Assembly: GCA_963675755.2 (NCBI GenBank)
Contig: CAXXMD010000002.1
Location: 1,600,001 to 1,664,000 of the forward strand
From: a bacterium
Lineage (GTDB): Bacteria > Zhuqueibacterota > Zhuqueibacteria > Residuimicrobiales > Krinioviventaceae
Length of the DNA: 64,000 nucleotides
Direction of reading: 5' to 3'
Position numbers and translations under genes: made by a program. Positions 10,301 to 19,383 of this stretch are shown in pieces (position 1 is the stretch's first letter; every line of letters begins with the position of its first letter). The notes under the pieces were generated by a model, which was not told the DNA's origin, ran no database searches, and saw nothing but the letters and a program-made list of their open reading frames with translations.

Positions 10301-11265
10301 TCATATGGGCCATATGGATTACTACCCGGTCCGGTATAGTAATAATCACGATCATACCTGTCAGCACACCACTCCAAAACATTACCGCTCATGTCATAGA
10401 GCCCCAGTTCATTGGCCTTTTTCATGCCAACAGCCTGTGTGCTGTCTGTATTGGTATTAAACCAGCCCACAGCATCCATATCATTGCCGCCGCTATAGGT
10501 ACAACCCTGACTCTCGCTGCCACCTCGGGCCGCGTATTCCCATTCTGCTTCGGTAGGCAGACGTTTGTTAAAATACCTGGCATAAGCATCGGCACCAAAC
10601 CAGGTGACATTTGTAACCGGATGTTCTTCTTTATTGTCTGTAACCGCAAACACACCATTGCTGTACTTGATATTGCAGTCAACATCAGAAAGATATAGCA
10701 GTGTTGTAGTATCCTGTTTGACAACATCCTCAGTGACCGTAATTGATCCATTAGCAAGAACAGCATTTAAAAAATCTGTATATTGCCCTTTGGTCACTTC
10801 ATATGGGTCCATGTAAAAATCATTCAAAGTAACCGTATGCACCGGCTCTTCATCATCTTCACCATCAGCACTCCCCATATCAAAAGTACCGCCCTGAACA
10901 AAAACCAATGCAGGTTCTTTGAAATTAATGGCAGCAACACGAACTCGGAAGCCGTCTCCGCTTACACCGGGATTATCAGCCAGAAAATCCCATACTATAT
11001 GCTTGCCTGTACCTGCCAGCACACTGTCTCCAACATCACCACTCACATGGGTTACAGGCAGTTCCCAGGTCGCTCCATCATCATCTGATGCTTTCAAAGT
11101 GATGGTGAACGTATCTCCATCAGCATCAGTTACGTCATAAAAAATGTCCGCTTTGAGCGAACCGTCCATGCGCTGTTCAATGCGTACATTCTCAACAACC
11201 GGATCTGCCGCAAACAGTAGCCCCATAATCATGATCAGAAACAGTATTACCAGATTCTTTTTCAT
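7309..11265 (-). CDS. Secreted multidomain protein C: Ig-like + FGE-type + Big_2 + three FISUMP domains separated by 'PNGGE' Ig-like domains
   Basis: Same motifs as the paralogs; start placed at MKKNLVIL (11265) by comparison with them; ORF track extends to 11280. Confidence 0.88.
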   Translation of the reverse strand: MKKNLVILFLIMIMGLLFAADPVVENVRIEQRMDGSLKADIFYDVTDADGDTFTITLKASDDDGATWELPVTHVSGDVGDSVLAGTGKHIVWDFLADNPGVSGDGFRVRVAAINFKEPALVFVQGGTFDMGSADGEDDEEPVHTVTLNDFYMDPYEVTKGQYTDFLNAVLANGSITVTEDVVKQDTTTLLYLSDVDCNIKYSNGVFAVTDNKEEHPVTNVTWFGADAYARYFNKRLPTEAEWEYAARGGSESQGCTYSGGNDMDAVGWFNTNTDSTQAVGMKKANELGLYDMSGNVLEWCADRYDRDYYYTGPGSNPYGPYDENKTARLLRGGAWDDVQAKAKTANRNRDQAWIGYNNRGFRCVKGDTAFTKLDSINITPQDKTIKKGQSLSLNCTAWYSDGSKVVISDYTTWKVLYGTSGSIDSKGLFTASDDKGGIVIIQALFDGLTVETPVSVDFEHETGTMTDIVGNTYKIVKIGNQWWMAENLKTTHNLYGFSWLYTDNDDPWVELSEGACCYYDDDENNVEIYGAMYNWYMLVDVQTFFPEGWHVPTDDEWKQLESYLGVSDLDNIGPRGTVEGGMLKEVGTDHWNSPNTGATNESGFSALPGGFCNYLTGEFLTINTNTCFWTSSQNGDDEAWARSVGNDHSSIFRDSYNKGNGFYIRLVSDSDEMDPDFTLLYPNGGESIIAGNTISIQWKPNSYDEMVYLDLYQNGVFSIRIAETENDGGFSWNIPSTLSPSNQFTINVIGTQSSMSDESDECFEIEYDDAIFETGTVTDIDGNVYKTIRIGEQWWMMEDLRVTHYRNGDPIPNVTDNTEWFNLATGAFCYYDNNKKYADDYGALYNGYAATDVRNIAPEGWHVPTDDEWKTLEMYLGMSQEEADSGDDTSGESRGTDEGDKLKEIGSAHWRKYSLDFTSGTTNESGFSARAGGWLSQYNNDFGAMGMYVRYWSNTDVRENYVFFRSLHFLESGIYRAQGSKKGSCTIRLIRDNDKTTIPPIVTFPNGGEYLKTRVEYIIKWNNNPIDERIYIDLYKGDEFVERIKDMGTTHDSEYTWKIPVYLVSGPDYRIKITGVVTGLYDFSDDYFSIVNDGLDFETGTMTDIDGNVYKTVKIGNQWWMAENLKVTHYRDGSPIQHVTQNSVWKNKDTGAYCYYDNDSSNATVFGALYNGYVIDHWPSIAPEGWHVPTDDEWKELELYLGMSQEEVDSYSRSDTDEGAMLKEMGTIQAGTGFWREPNTGATNEYGFSARPGGQREIHSGEFEDLYNSAYFWADQPNDGKYHNGFIQRQLIYDEKIIDWDCYISEHGYSIRLIRDSN

Positions 11266-11280
11266 CTCTACCTTTTTCAT

Positions 11281-11442
11281 TCAGGTAAATTACCGTCCAT
11301 TGGTTTTAACAGCATTATTTTTCGGTCGAATATAAAATCACAAAATTCAAACCGGAACATGTACATACCGCTGATTACCTGTTAACTTTTTGTTACGCGT
11401 GTCCCACTTGGTTGTATCAGGACCGGTTAGAGACCGGCCCCG
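11281..11442 (-). pseudogene. Intergenic relic of the CTD gene 3' end plus stem-loop
   Basis: Minus strand reads ..TTKWDTRN../VISGMYMFRFEFCDFIFDRKIMLLK vs YTIQWDARD..VTSGMYLCRFESGGHVFIQKMMLLK in 17834..18823; hairpin GGACCGGTTAGAGACCGGCCC at ~11420-11441. Confidence 0.75.
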
Positions 11443-11484
11443 ATTAATTCAATTAAAAACAAAATTGCAAAATATGTTAATTTT

Positions 11485-14370
11485 TTAATCCTTGATACAA
11501 CGAATAGACGAGCTCTTGGCAGTGGATGTGTGTGAAACAATCGAGTTGTCATAATTTAAAATCCGTACCCATGCATAATGAATAGGTGACGAGACCTCGG
11601 TAGATGACCAATAATAAGCATATCGAGTCATATCTCCGAAAAATCCAGCCGCATAACGGGCGCCACCGGCTAGTGCCGAAAAACCACTTTCGTTTGATGC
11701 TCCGGTGTTTGGGCTTTTCCAATACCCGTTTCCTTCTTCTTTCATTTTACCTCCGGCAACATTTTCACCACCAAGGTAATTGATCAAAGTATTCCACTCT
11801 TCATCTGTTGGCACATGCCAGCCTTCCGGAGCAATTTTACGTTCATCGCTAACCGCATACCAGTTATACAATGCGCCAAACATACCGGCATAATTGCTGT
11901 TATCATTATAAAAACAATATGCACCCTCTGTTGTCGTAATCCATGCGTCGTCTCCAATCACATTGGGAATAGGATCACCATTTCTATAATGCTTTACATT
12001 CAGATTATCTGCCATCCACCATTGATCACCTATCTTGACAGTTCTGTATGAATTGCCATCAATATCTGTAAGGGATCCAGTTTCAAAATTTAACCCATTA
12101 TTGACGATTGTAAAAAAACCATCGCTAAAATCAGACAATCCGGTTTCTTTACCTGTAATTTTGATTCGATAGTCACTGCCTGTTACCAAATCTGTTGAAA
12201 CAATCCATGTAAAATCACCATCATTGCTGGTACCTGTATCTTTTAATCGCTCAACTAATGCATTGCCTTTATACAAGTCAACATATACCCTATCATCATT
12301 TGAACTATTTTCCCATCTTATAATAAGTTTATCCCAAGCCTCCAAAGTTTCACCACCGTTGGGGAAATACACAAGCGGCAATGTTCCAACATCACGATCT
12401 TTGACAAGGCGGAGAGAAAAACCATTTTGTTTATGACTTTCAAGCATATCGCTGGCAGTGCTTTCATAATTCAAATTCCGACGTAGTCCCTTGAAACTAT
12501 TATACTCTGAAGAAGTCCAAAAATAAGCATAACTGCCCAGTTTCATAAAAGCTGCTTCCAACTTGGCACAATATCCACCTGGAAGTGCAGTAAACCCGCT
12601 CTCATTGGTAGCACCGGTATTCGGGCTACTCCAAAAACTGGCACCTTCTGATTTTAATTTTCCACCTGCAACGCCTCTACCACCCAGATAATTTTCAAGC
12701 TCGCTCCATTCCGCACTTGTTGGCACATGCCAACCTTCAGGTGCAATCTTGCGGCCATCTGTAACAGCAAACCAGTTATATAAAGCACCATAGACTTGTC
12801 CATTATTACTGTTATTGTTATAATAACAATAAGCACCGGTTAATAAATTTGCCCATACATTCAGGTCCATTTCATTAGCAATGGGATCCCCATTACGATA
12901 ATGCTTAACATTAAGGTTTTCAGCCATCCACCACTGATCACCTATCTTGATAGTTTTATAAGTATTGCCATCATTATCAACCATGTTTCCATATATATTG
13001 CTAACTGTCACAGTCGCTTCTGCTGTAATTCCATTGTATTCAGCTTGAACGGTAACATTGCCGGAAGCTTGTTGAGAAGCTGTGAATAAACCATCATTAT
13101 TAATTTCTACTGCATCTCCCGACACAATTGACCAATTGGCATTGACTGTTACATCTTTTTCACTATCATCACTATATTGTGCCATACAAGTAAAATAAAA
13201 TGAACTTCCATTTGCAACAGTGGTATTATGGGGAGTTATGAAAATACTTTCTACTATTGTGAAATTGGTATCACCTATTACACATCGGAATCCACGATTA
13301 TTATATCCAATCCATGCCTGATCACGATTACGGTTTGCGGGTTTAGCCTTGACTTGGGCATCGTTCCAGGCACCGCCGCGTAACACATGAGCAGTGACAT
13401 CATTAAGAGGGCCCTGTGGATTATTATCGGGACTTGCTCCATAATAATTACGATCATATTTGTCCACGCACCATTCCCAAACATTACCACTCATATCGTA
13501 AATACCCGCTTCATTGGCTTGTTTCTGTCCGACTGCTTGAACACTGTTATTGGAGTTTGCTCTGTACCAGCCAACATCATCCATCTCATTGCTGCCGCTA
13601 TAGATATAACCCTGACTCTGACTGCCGCCTCGGGCCGCATATTCCCATTCTGCTTCAGTGGGTAACCGTTTTGCATAGTATTTGGCATAGGCATCAGCGC
13701 CAAACCAGGTAACATTGGTTACCGGATGCCCTTCTTTATTATCTGTAACCGCAAACGCGCTATTTTCGTATGAAATCTTGCAGTCTTTATCAGAAAGATC
13801 CAACAACGTGGTGGTATCCTGTTTTACTGTATTTTCAGATACTGAAACCAGACCTTGTGCAAGCATGGCATTTAAAAACTCTGCATATTGTGCTTTGGTC
13901 ACTTCATAAGGATCTATGTAAAAATCACTTAATGTAACGGTATGAACAGGACTTTCATCATCATCGCCGTCAATACTTCCCATATCAAAGGTGCCACCTT
14001 TTATGAAAACCATCCTGGGCTCTTTGTAATCACTGGCTGCAACACGAATCCGGTAACCCTCACCACTAACGTCAGGATTATCAGCTAAAAAATTCCAGAT
14101 GATATGTTTATTTGTTCCCGGTACAACATTGCCACCAATGTCTCCACTGACATGACTCACCGGCAGTTCCCAGGTTACTCCATCATCATCAGATGCTTTT
14201 ACTGTGACGGTTAACGTATCTCCATCAGCATCAGTAACATCATAATAAATGTCCGCTTTGAGCGAACCGTCCGTACGCTGTTCTAAACGCACATTTTCAA
14301 CCACAGGATCAGCCGCGTACAGTAGCCCCATGATCATGAGTATAAACAGTATTATCAGATTTTTTTTCAT
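11485..14370 (-). CDS. Secreted multidomain protein B: Ig-like + FGE-type + Big_2 + FISUMP + Ig-like + FISUMP
   Basis: Same motifs as the paralogs; start at MKKNLIIL (14370). Confidence 0.88.
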   Translation of the reverse strand: MKKNLIILFILMIMGLLYAADPVVENVRLEQRTDGSLKADIYYDVTDADGDTLTVTVKASDDDGVTWELPVSHVSGDIGGNVVPGTNKHIIWNFLADNPDVSGEGYRIRVAASDYKEPRMVFIKGGTFDMGSIDGDDDESPVHTVTLSDFYIDPYEVTKAQYAEFLNAMLAQGLVSVSENTVKQDTTTLLDLSDKDCKISYENSAFAVTDNKEGHPVTNVTWFGADAYAKYYAKRLPTEAEWEYAARGGSQSQGYIYSGSNEMDDVGWYRANSNNSVQAVGQKQANEAGIYDMSGNVWEWCVDKYDRNYYGASPDNNPQGPLNDVTAHVLRGGAWNDAQVKAKPANRNRDQAWIGYNNRGFRCVIGDTNFTIVESIFITPHNTTVANGSSFYFTCMAQYSDDSEKDVTVNANWSIVSGDAVEINNDGLFTASQQASGNVTVQAEYNGITAEATVTVSNIYGNMVDNDGNTYKTIKIGDQWWMAENLNVKHYRNGDPIANEMDLNVWANLLTGAYCYYNNNSNNGQVYGALYNWFAVTDGRKIAPEGWHVPTSAEWSELENYLGGRGVAGGKLKSEGASFWSSPNTGATNESGFTALPGGYCAKLEAAFMKLGSYAYFWTSSEYNSFKGLRRNLNYESTASDMLESHKQNGFSLRLVKDRDVGTLPLVYFPNGGETLEAWDKLIIRWENSSNDDRVYVDLYKGNALVERLKDTGTSNDGDFTWIVSTDLVTGSDYRIKITGKETGLSDFSDGFFTIVNNGLNFETGSLTDIDGNSYRTVKIGDQWWMADNLNVKHYRNGDPIPNVIGDDAWITTTEGAYCFYNDNSNYAGMFGALYNWYAVSDERKIAPEGWHVPTDEEWNTLINYLGGENVAGGKMKEEGNGYWKSPNTGASNESGFSALAGGARYAAGFFGDMTRYAYYWSSTEVSSPIHYAWVRILNYDNSIVSHTSTAKSSSIRCIKD

Positions 14371-14382
14371 TTCCACCTTTTT

Positions 14383-14552
14383 TCATTCAGGTCAATTGCT
14401 GACTGTTAGTTTAAACAGCATCATTTTTCAGTCGAATATTAAACTACAAGGTTCAAACTGGTACATGTATATACTACTGATTACCAGCTAATCAAATTGG
14501 TCACATACGTCTCATTAAATTGTATAGGGACCGGTTTGAGACCAATCCCTAT
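14383..14552 (-). pseudogene. Intergenic relic of the CTD gene 3' end plus stem-loop
   Basis: Colinear with 11281-11442 (TTAAACAGCATCATTTTTCAGTCGAATAT...TTCAAACTGGTACATGTATATACTACTGATTACC); hairpin GGGACCGGTTTGAGACCAATCCC. Confidence 0.72.
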
Positions 14553-14595
14553 TAATTCAATTAATTACCAAATAGTTCAAATATACTTGTTGCTA

Positions 14596-17500
14596 TCAAT
14601 CCATAACACAACGGATTGAAAACCCATATAAATTGCTGTAAAAGTCAAGCACAACTCTTTCTTGATCATAAGGTATATTGCGGCCCCAGGAAGAGTTGTT
14701 CTCCGATACAGACCAAAAGTATGCATAACTACTTATGCTATAAAATATTCCGCTATTTGGATGACGGAAGCCGCCAGGACGTGCGCCAAAGCCACTTTCA
14801 TTAGTAGCACCGGTATTGGGAGTTTTCCAAAGATCAAACCCAACTTCTTTAAGTTTACCTCCGGCAACTGAGGAACCACCCAAATATGCTTCCATGATTT
14901 TCCAATCTTCATCGGATGCAACGTGCCAGCCTTCAGGTGCCAATCCCCTGGCATCAGTTTCAGCATACCAGTTATATAAAGCACCATAATCATTGGCCAT
15001 GTTACTATCATTATTATAATAACAGTATCCACCACCAGATAGATGGCTCCACTCTGCATTATCGGTTACATAGGGAATAGCATCACCATTCCTATAATGT
15101 GTCACATTCAAATTTTCAGCCATCCACCATTGATCACCAATCTTTATTGTTTGATATACATTGCCGTCAATATCGGTGACAGTTCCTGTTTCAAAATTAT
15201 TTCCATCATTAATAATTGTAAAATAATCATCACTAAAATCAAAGGTACCTGTCTCCCGGCCTGTTATTTTTATTCTATAGTCACTGCCTGTCAAAAGATC
15301 AGATGAAATTGCCCAATTAAAATCACTATCGTTCGTTGTACCTGTTTCTTTTAATCGTTGTATAAATTCGGTCCCTTTATACAAATCAATATCTAATCTT
15401 TCATCAGAAACATTACTATTCCAGCGAATAATTATCACTTCCTGTGCTTTAAAGCTCTCACCTCCATTGGGATATGTAATAGTGATAAATTGTTGATTTA
15501 CATTTATTTGTCGTAATGCTAACGATGTCAATCCACTATTATTTTTAACTTCCATTCGAATGGTTTTATTACCCTCTGAATTATATGCATGAGATTCTGT
15601 TTTAGATCTGGAGAAATCAGTATCCCAGGTTCCATCATTTTCCCAATCCCATCGAACTTGCAGCTCTGACGATGGGTCATTACTATCTTTACAACCGGTA
15701 GCATCAAAATTAAAAATTGTACCAGTAGGTCCAGAGGTGGGAGTTACTGTAAATGATGCTACTGGAGTTGCCTGGGTAATGTTATCATCACGGATCAGAC
15801 GAATTGCAAAACCATAGTTTTTACGAAAATAGTTACGATAGATCCTGCTTTCTTCAGCTCCCAGTCCACGGTACCAGGGAGTATTACCATCCCAATTTGA
15901 AGAAGACCAAAAGTAGCCACTTTTCCCCTTACTACGGAATTCTCCTGAAGTATCATATCTGTAACCACCAGGTAATGCTGAAAAACCACTTTCATTGGTA
16001 GCACCAGTATTGGGGCTTTGCCAATGATTAGTCCCAGATTCTTTTAATTTGCCGCCTTCATCTGTTCCGCGCCATTCTTTATCATTCAGTTTATATTGGT
16101 CCATTCCCAAGTATTTTTCTAGTTTTTTCCAGTCTTCATCAGAAGGCACATGCCAACCTGCAGGTGCAATATTACGGTTGTCAACAAGTACGTACCAATT
16201 GTACAAGGCACCATATGAATCATAAATATCATTATTATAATAACAGTATGCACCCTGGTTTGCATAGTACCAATCAGCATTTTTAGTCAGATTTAATATT
16301 GGATCACCATTTCGATAATGTGTCACATTGAGGTTTTCTGCCATCCACCATTGATCACCTATTTTAATAGTAGTGTATACATTACCATCAATATCAGTCA
16401 AAGTACCGGTTTCAAACCTGGATTCAACTGTAACTCTTGTTTCTGCAGATAAACCATTAAACTCTGCCTGAACAGTTACTGTACCTGTTTCATTATCTGC
16501 TGCTGTAAAAAGGCCATCATTATTAATACTTCCACATGTTCCACTAATTATTGACCATGTTGCTGAACGGCTTGCATCAGCACTACTGCCATCACTGTAT
16601 TGCGCAATACATTTCATATTTAATAATTCACGATTTGCTACAGTGGAATTTTGAGGTGTGATCGTAATAGAATTTAAAGCGGTAAAGTTTGTATCTCCCA
16701 TTACACATCTAAATCCACGATTTTTATATCCAATCCATGCCTGATCACGGTTCCGGTTTGCGGGTTTGGCCTTGACTTGTGCATCATCCCACGCTCCACC
16801 GCGTAATATACGGCTGGTATTGTTTGAATTACCAGCTCCGAAAGGATCATTATCCGGACTTGCTTCATAATAATTCCGATCATACTTGTCCGCGCACCAC
16901 TCCCACACGTTACCACTCATATCATATAGGCCGACTTCATTGGCCTGTTTTTGCCCAACTGCCTGTAGACTGTTGTCAGAGTTTGCTCTGAACCAGCCAA
17001 CATCATTCATTTCATTACCGCCGCTATAGGTATAACCCTGACTCTGGCTGCCGCCTCGGGCCGCATATTCCCATTCAGCTTCAGTGGGTAAACGTTTTGC
17101 ATAATATTTTGCATAGGCATCTGCACCAAACCAGGTGACACTGGTTACCGGATGTTCTTCTTTATTATCTGTAACCGTAAAAACACCATCTGCATACTCG
17201 ATCTTGCAGTCTTCGTCAGAGAGATCCAGCAGTGTGGTTGTATCCTGTTTCACTGAATTTCCGGATACTGTTACCAGACCCTGCGCAAGCGTGGCATTCA
17301 AAAACTCTGCATATTGCACCTTGGTCACTTCATAAGGATCCATGTAAAAATCACTCAATGTTACAGTATGTACAGGACTTTCATCACCATCACCGTCACT
17401 GCTGCCCATATCAAAGGTACCACCTTCAATAAAAACCATCCTGGGCTCTTTATAATCGCTGGCTGTAACGCGAATCCGATAACCCTCTCCACTTACATCA

Positions 17501-17796
17501 GGATAATCAGCCAGAAAATCCCATACAATGTGCTTGTCTGCACCTGTCAATACACTATCTCCTACATCACCACTGACATGGTTCAAAGCAAGATCCCAGG
17601 TTGCACCATCATCGTCTGATGCTTTCAAGGTAATGGTTAACGTATCTCCATCAGCATCAGTAACATCATAATAAATGTCCGCTTTAAGCGAACCGTCCGT
17701 TCGCTGTTCTAAACGCACATTTTCAACCACAGGATCTTCTGCGTATAGCAGCCCCATAATCATGATTATAAACAGTATTGCTAAATTCTTTTTCAT
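14596..17796 (-). CDS. Secreted multidomain protein A: Ig-like + FGE-type + Big_2 + FISUMP + PKD + Ig-like + FISUMP
   Basis: Paralog motifs plus a PKD-like 'PVASFTVTP...FNFDATGCKD...VRWDWENDGTWDT' domain. Confidence 0.88.
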   Translation of the reverse strand: MKKNLAILFIIMIMGLLYAEDPVVENVRLEQRTDGSLKADIYYDVTDADGDTLTITLKASDDDGATWDLALNHVSGDVGDSVLTGADKHIVWDFLADYPDVSGEGYRIRVTASDYKEPRMVFIEGGTFDMGSSDGDGDESPVHTVTLSDFYMDPYEVTKVQYAEFLNATLAQGLVTVSGNSVKQDTTTLLDLSDEDCKIEYADGVFTVTDNKEEHPVTSVTWFGADAYAKYYAKRLPTEAEWEYAARGGSQSQGYTYSGGNEMNDVGWFRANSDNSLQAVGQKQANEVGLYDMSGNVWEWCADKYDRNYYEASPDNDPFGAGNSNNTSRILRGGAWDDAQVKAKPANRNRDQAWIGYKNRGFRCVMGDTNFTALNSITITPQNSTVANRELLNMKCIAQYSDGSSADASRSATWSIISGTCGSINNDGLFTAADNETGTVTVQAEFNGLSAETRVTVESRFETGTLTDIDGNVYTTIKIGDQWWMAENLNVTHYRNGDPILNLTKNADWYYANQGAYCYYNNDIYDSYGALYNWYVLVDNRNIAPAGWHVPSDEDWKKLEKYLGMDQYKLNDKEWRGTDEGGKLKESGTNHWQSPNTGATNESGFSALPGGYRYDTSGEFRSKGKSGYFWSSSNWDGNTPWYRGLGAEESRIYRNYFRKNYGFAIRLIRDDNITQATPVASFTVTPTSGPTGTIFNFDATGCKDSNDPSSELQVRWDWENDGTWDTDFSRSKTESHAYNSEGNKTIRMEVKNNSGLTSLALRQINVNQQFITITYPNGGESFKAQEVIIIRWNSNVSDERLDIDLYKGTEFIQRLKETGTTNDSDFNWAISSDLLTGSDYRIKITGRETGTFDFSDDYFTIINDGNNFETGTVTDIDGNVYQTIKIGDQWWMAENLNVTHYRNGDAIPYVTDNAEWSHLSGGGYCYYNNDSNMANDYGALYNWYAETDARGLAPEGWHVASDEDWKIMEAYLGGSSVAGGKLKEVGFDLWKTPNTGATNESGFGARPGGFRHPNSGIFYSISSYAYFWSVSENNSSWGRNIPYDQERVVLDFYSNLYGFSIRCVMD

Positions 17797-17833
17797 TTCT
17801 GCCCCTTTATTATTCAGGTCTATTAACGACTAC

Positions 17834-18823
17834 TTATTTCAGCAGCATCATTTTCTGGATAAATACATGACCACCGGATTCAAAACGACAGAGGTACATA
17901 CCGCTGGTTACCGGCATACCCTGATTGTCACGCGCGTCCCATTGGATGGTATAACGTCCGGCCTGACGTTGTCCGCTTTCTAAATTACGGATAACCTGGC
18001 CCACACTATTGTATACCACTATTGAAACATCCGATGTCTTGGGCAGATGATATGTTATAAATGTTGTTGGATTAAAGGGATTCGGATACACTGGCAGCAA
18101 TGCAAATGTTTTCGGTATGGCTGTCTCGCCATTTATACCTGTTGCCCAGGTACTGAATGACCACACGCTTGAAAACTCGCCTTCCCCGGCCGGATTAATT
18201 GCACTGATTCGCCAGTACCAGATCTTGTTCATTTCAAGATCTACATCATACTGGAGTTCTGTGAGTCCTGTTTCATCTATGGTTAATTCTGAAAAATCCT
18301 GTTTACTGGATACCTGCAAATGATAAGATTGCGCTCCATCCACACTGTTCCAGGTCAATTGCTGATTGGGGCTGATGCTCTCAGCACCGTTCTCCGGCTC
18401 AACCAGCTGCGGGGCAGGGACAGGCTCAAGAGTGGTAAATGTCCATACGGAAGAAAATGGACTATTGCCAGCGGCATTCACTGCATTGACCCGCCAGAAA
18501 TGCTGAGTATTGAATGAGAGCCCTGTAACTTTGTACAATGTATCCGTTATTGCGGTTTCATCAACCAACAGCGTATTGAAATCATCCACAGTGCTCATTT
18601 GCACATTGAATCCTGATGTGTGGATGAGTGATTTCCAGATCAGTTGTACTGAATCAGGAAGGGATGTTTGTCCGTTTGCCGGCCCACTCAGTACCGGTGC
18701 CGCGGGTGGCAGCGAAGTCATGAATACAGATTCGGATTCACCAATACCGGTACCGGCTATCAGCATAGATCCAATCAAAATCACGAGCATAGAAACCAGT
18801 AGTACTTTTTGCTGATTAGACAT
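17834..18823 (-). CDS. Secreted protein: short N-terminal peptide + two FN3-like domains + FlgD-Ig/T9SS-A-like C-terminal sorting domain
   Basis: Signal peptide ending LIA; two 'PxLxxPxNG...W...(F/Y)WR(V/I)xAxNxAG...SSVWxF' repeats; YPNPFNPTT...SGMYLCRF...KMMLLK tail. Confidence 0.85.
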   Translation of the reverse strand: MSNQQKVLLVSMLVILIGSMLIAGTGIGESESVFMTSLPPAAPVLSGPANGQTSLPDSVQLIWKSLIHTSGFNVQMSTVDDFNTLLVDETAITDTLYKVTGLSFNTQHFWRVNAVNAAGNSPFSSVWTFTTLEPVPAPQLVEPENGAESISPNQQLTWNSVDGAQSYHLQVSSKQDFSELTIDETGLTELQYDVDLEMNKIWYWRISAINPAGEGEFSSVWSFSTWATGINGETAIPKTFALLPVYPNPFNPTTFITYHLPKTSDVSIVVYNSVGQVIRNLESGQRQAGRYTIQWDARDNQGMPVTSGMYLCRFESGGHVFIQKMMLLK

Positions 18824-19048
18824 GAAATGTCTCCATTTTTAATAATTAATTGAAAATATAAAATTTAATAGATACTGACCTTGGTTCTGTGTGCGGCCCA
18901 CGTTCCCCCTCTCTGTTGAGCCATTGTCATTACAGCTTGCTTTCAAAGAAAGATGTTGCCCCCTGAGCGATTAATTTAAAAGTTATTAAAATTCCCCCAG
19001 ACATAATCGCAATATCCCTCAATTTATTAAACGAAACAAAAGTAACTA

Positions 19049-19065
19049 TTCAAAATGCCTGCCAA
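19049..19065 (-). promoter_or_regulatory. Putative sigma54 (-24/-12) promoter of the 18823-4219 operon
   Basis: Minus strand TTGGCAG-GCATT-TTGAA vs consensus TGGCAC-N5-TTGCW; correct spacing, but GA instead of GC at -12. Confidence 0.5.
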
Positions 19066-19336
19066 AGAATATTATGCACCTAACTATCTATTTTCAAACA
19101 ACTTGAAGATCAAGGGTTTAAAATAAAGATGAAAAAAAATACGAAATATATTCGCACCCTTTACATTTTTTTCATAGAAAATTGTGATCATTTTTTTGAT
19201 GGATAATTACACGGAATCAACAAGTATTGAATTTTAACGTGGCCTGCTGCCTGTCTCCCTACTAAAAACTTGATAATTCTTAAGAAATAATAGACAATAC
19301 CCCATGTATTATGTATTACCTGGTAACATTATAAAA

Positions 19337-19378
19337 TTTCTCCCTTTCCAAATATTAAACCATATGAAAAGGGAGAAA
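19337..19378 (-). terminator. Stem-loop downstream of the GH29 gene
   Basis: TTTCTCCCTTT...AAAGGGAGAAA inverted repeat immediately after the stop at 19384. Confidence 0.55.
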
Positions 19379-19383
19379 TCAAA

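Noticed and set aside
18870-18975. c-di-GMP-I riboswitch in the operon leader
   Set aside because: GGCAAC...GAAAG resembles the start of the motif, but the GACGCAAAGC core and second stem are not recognisable.
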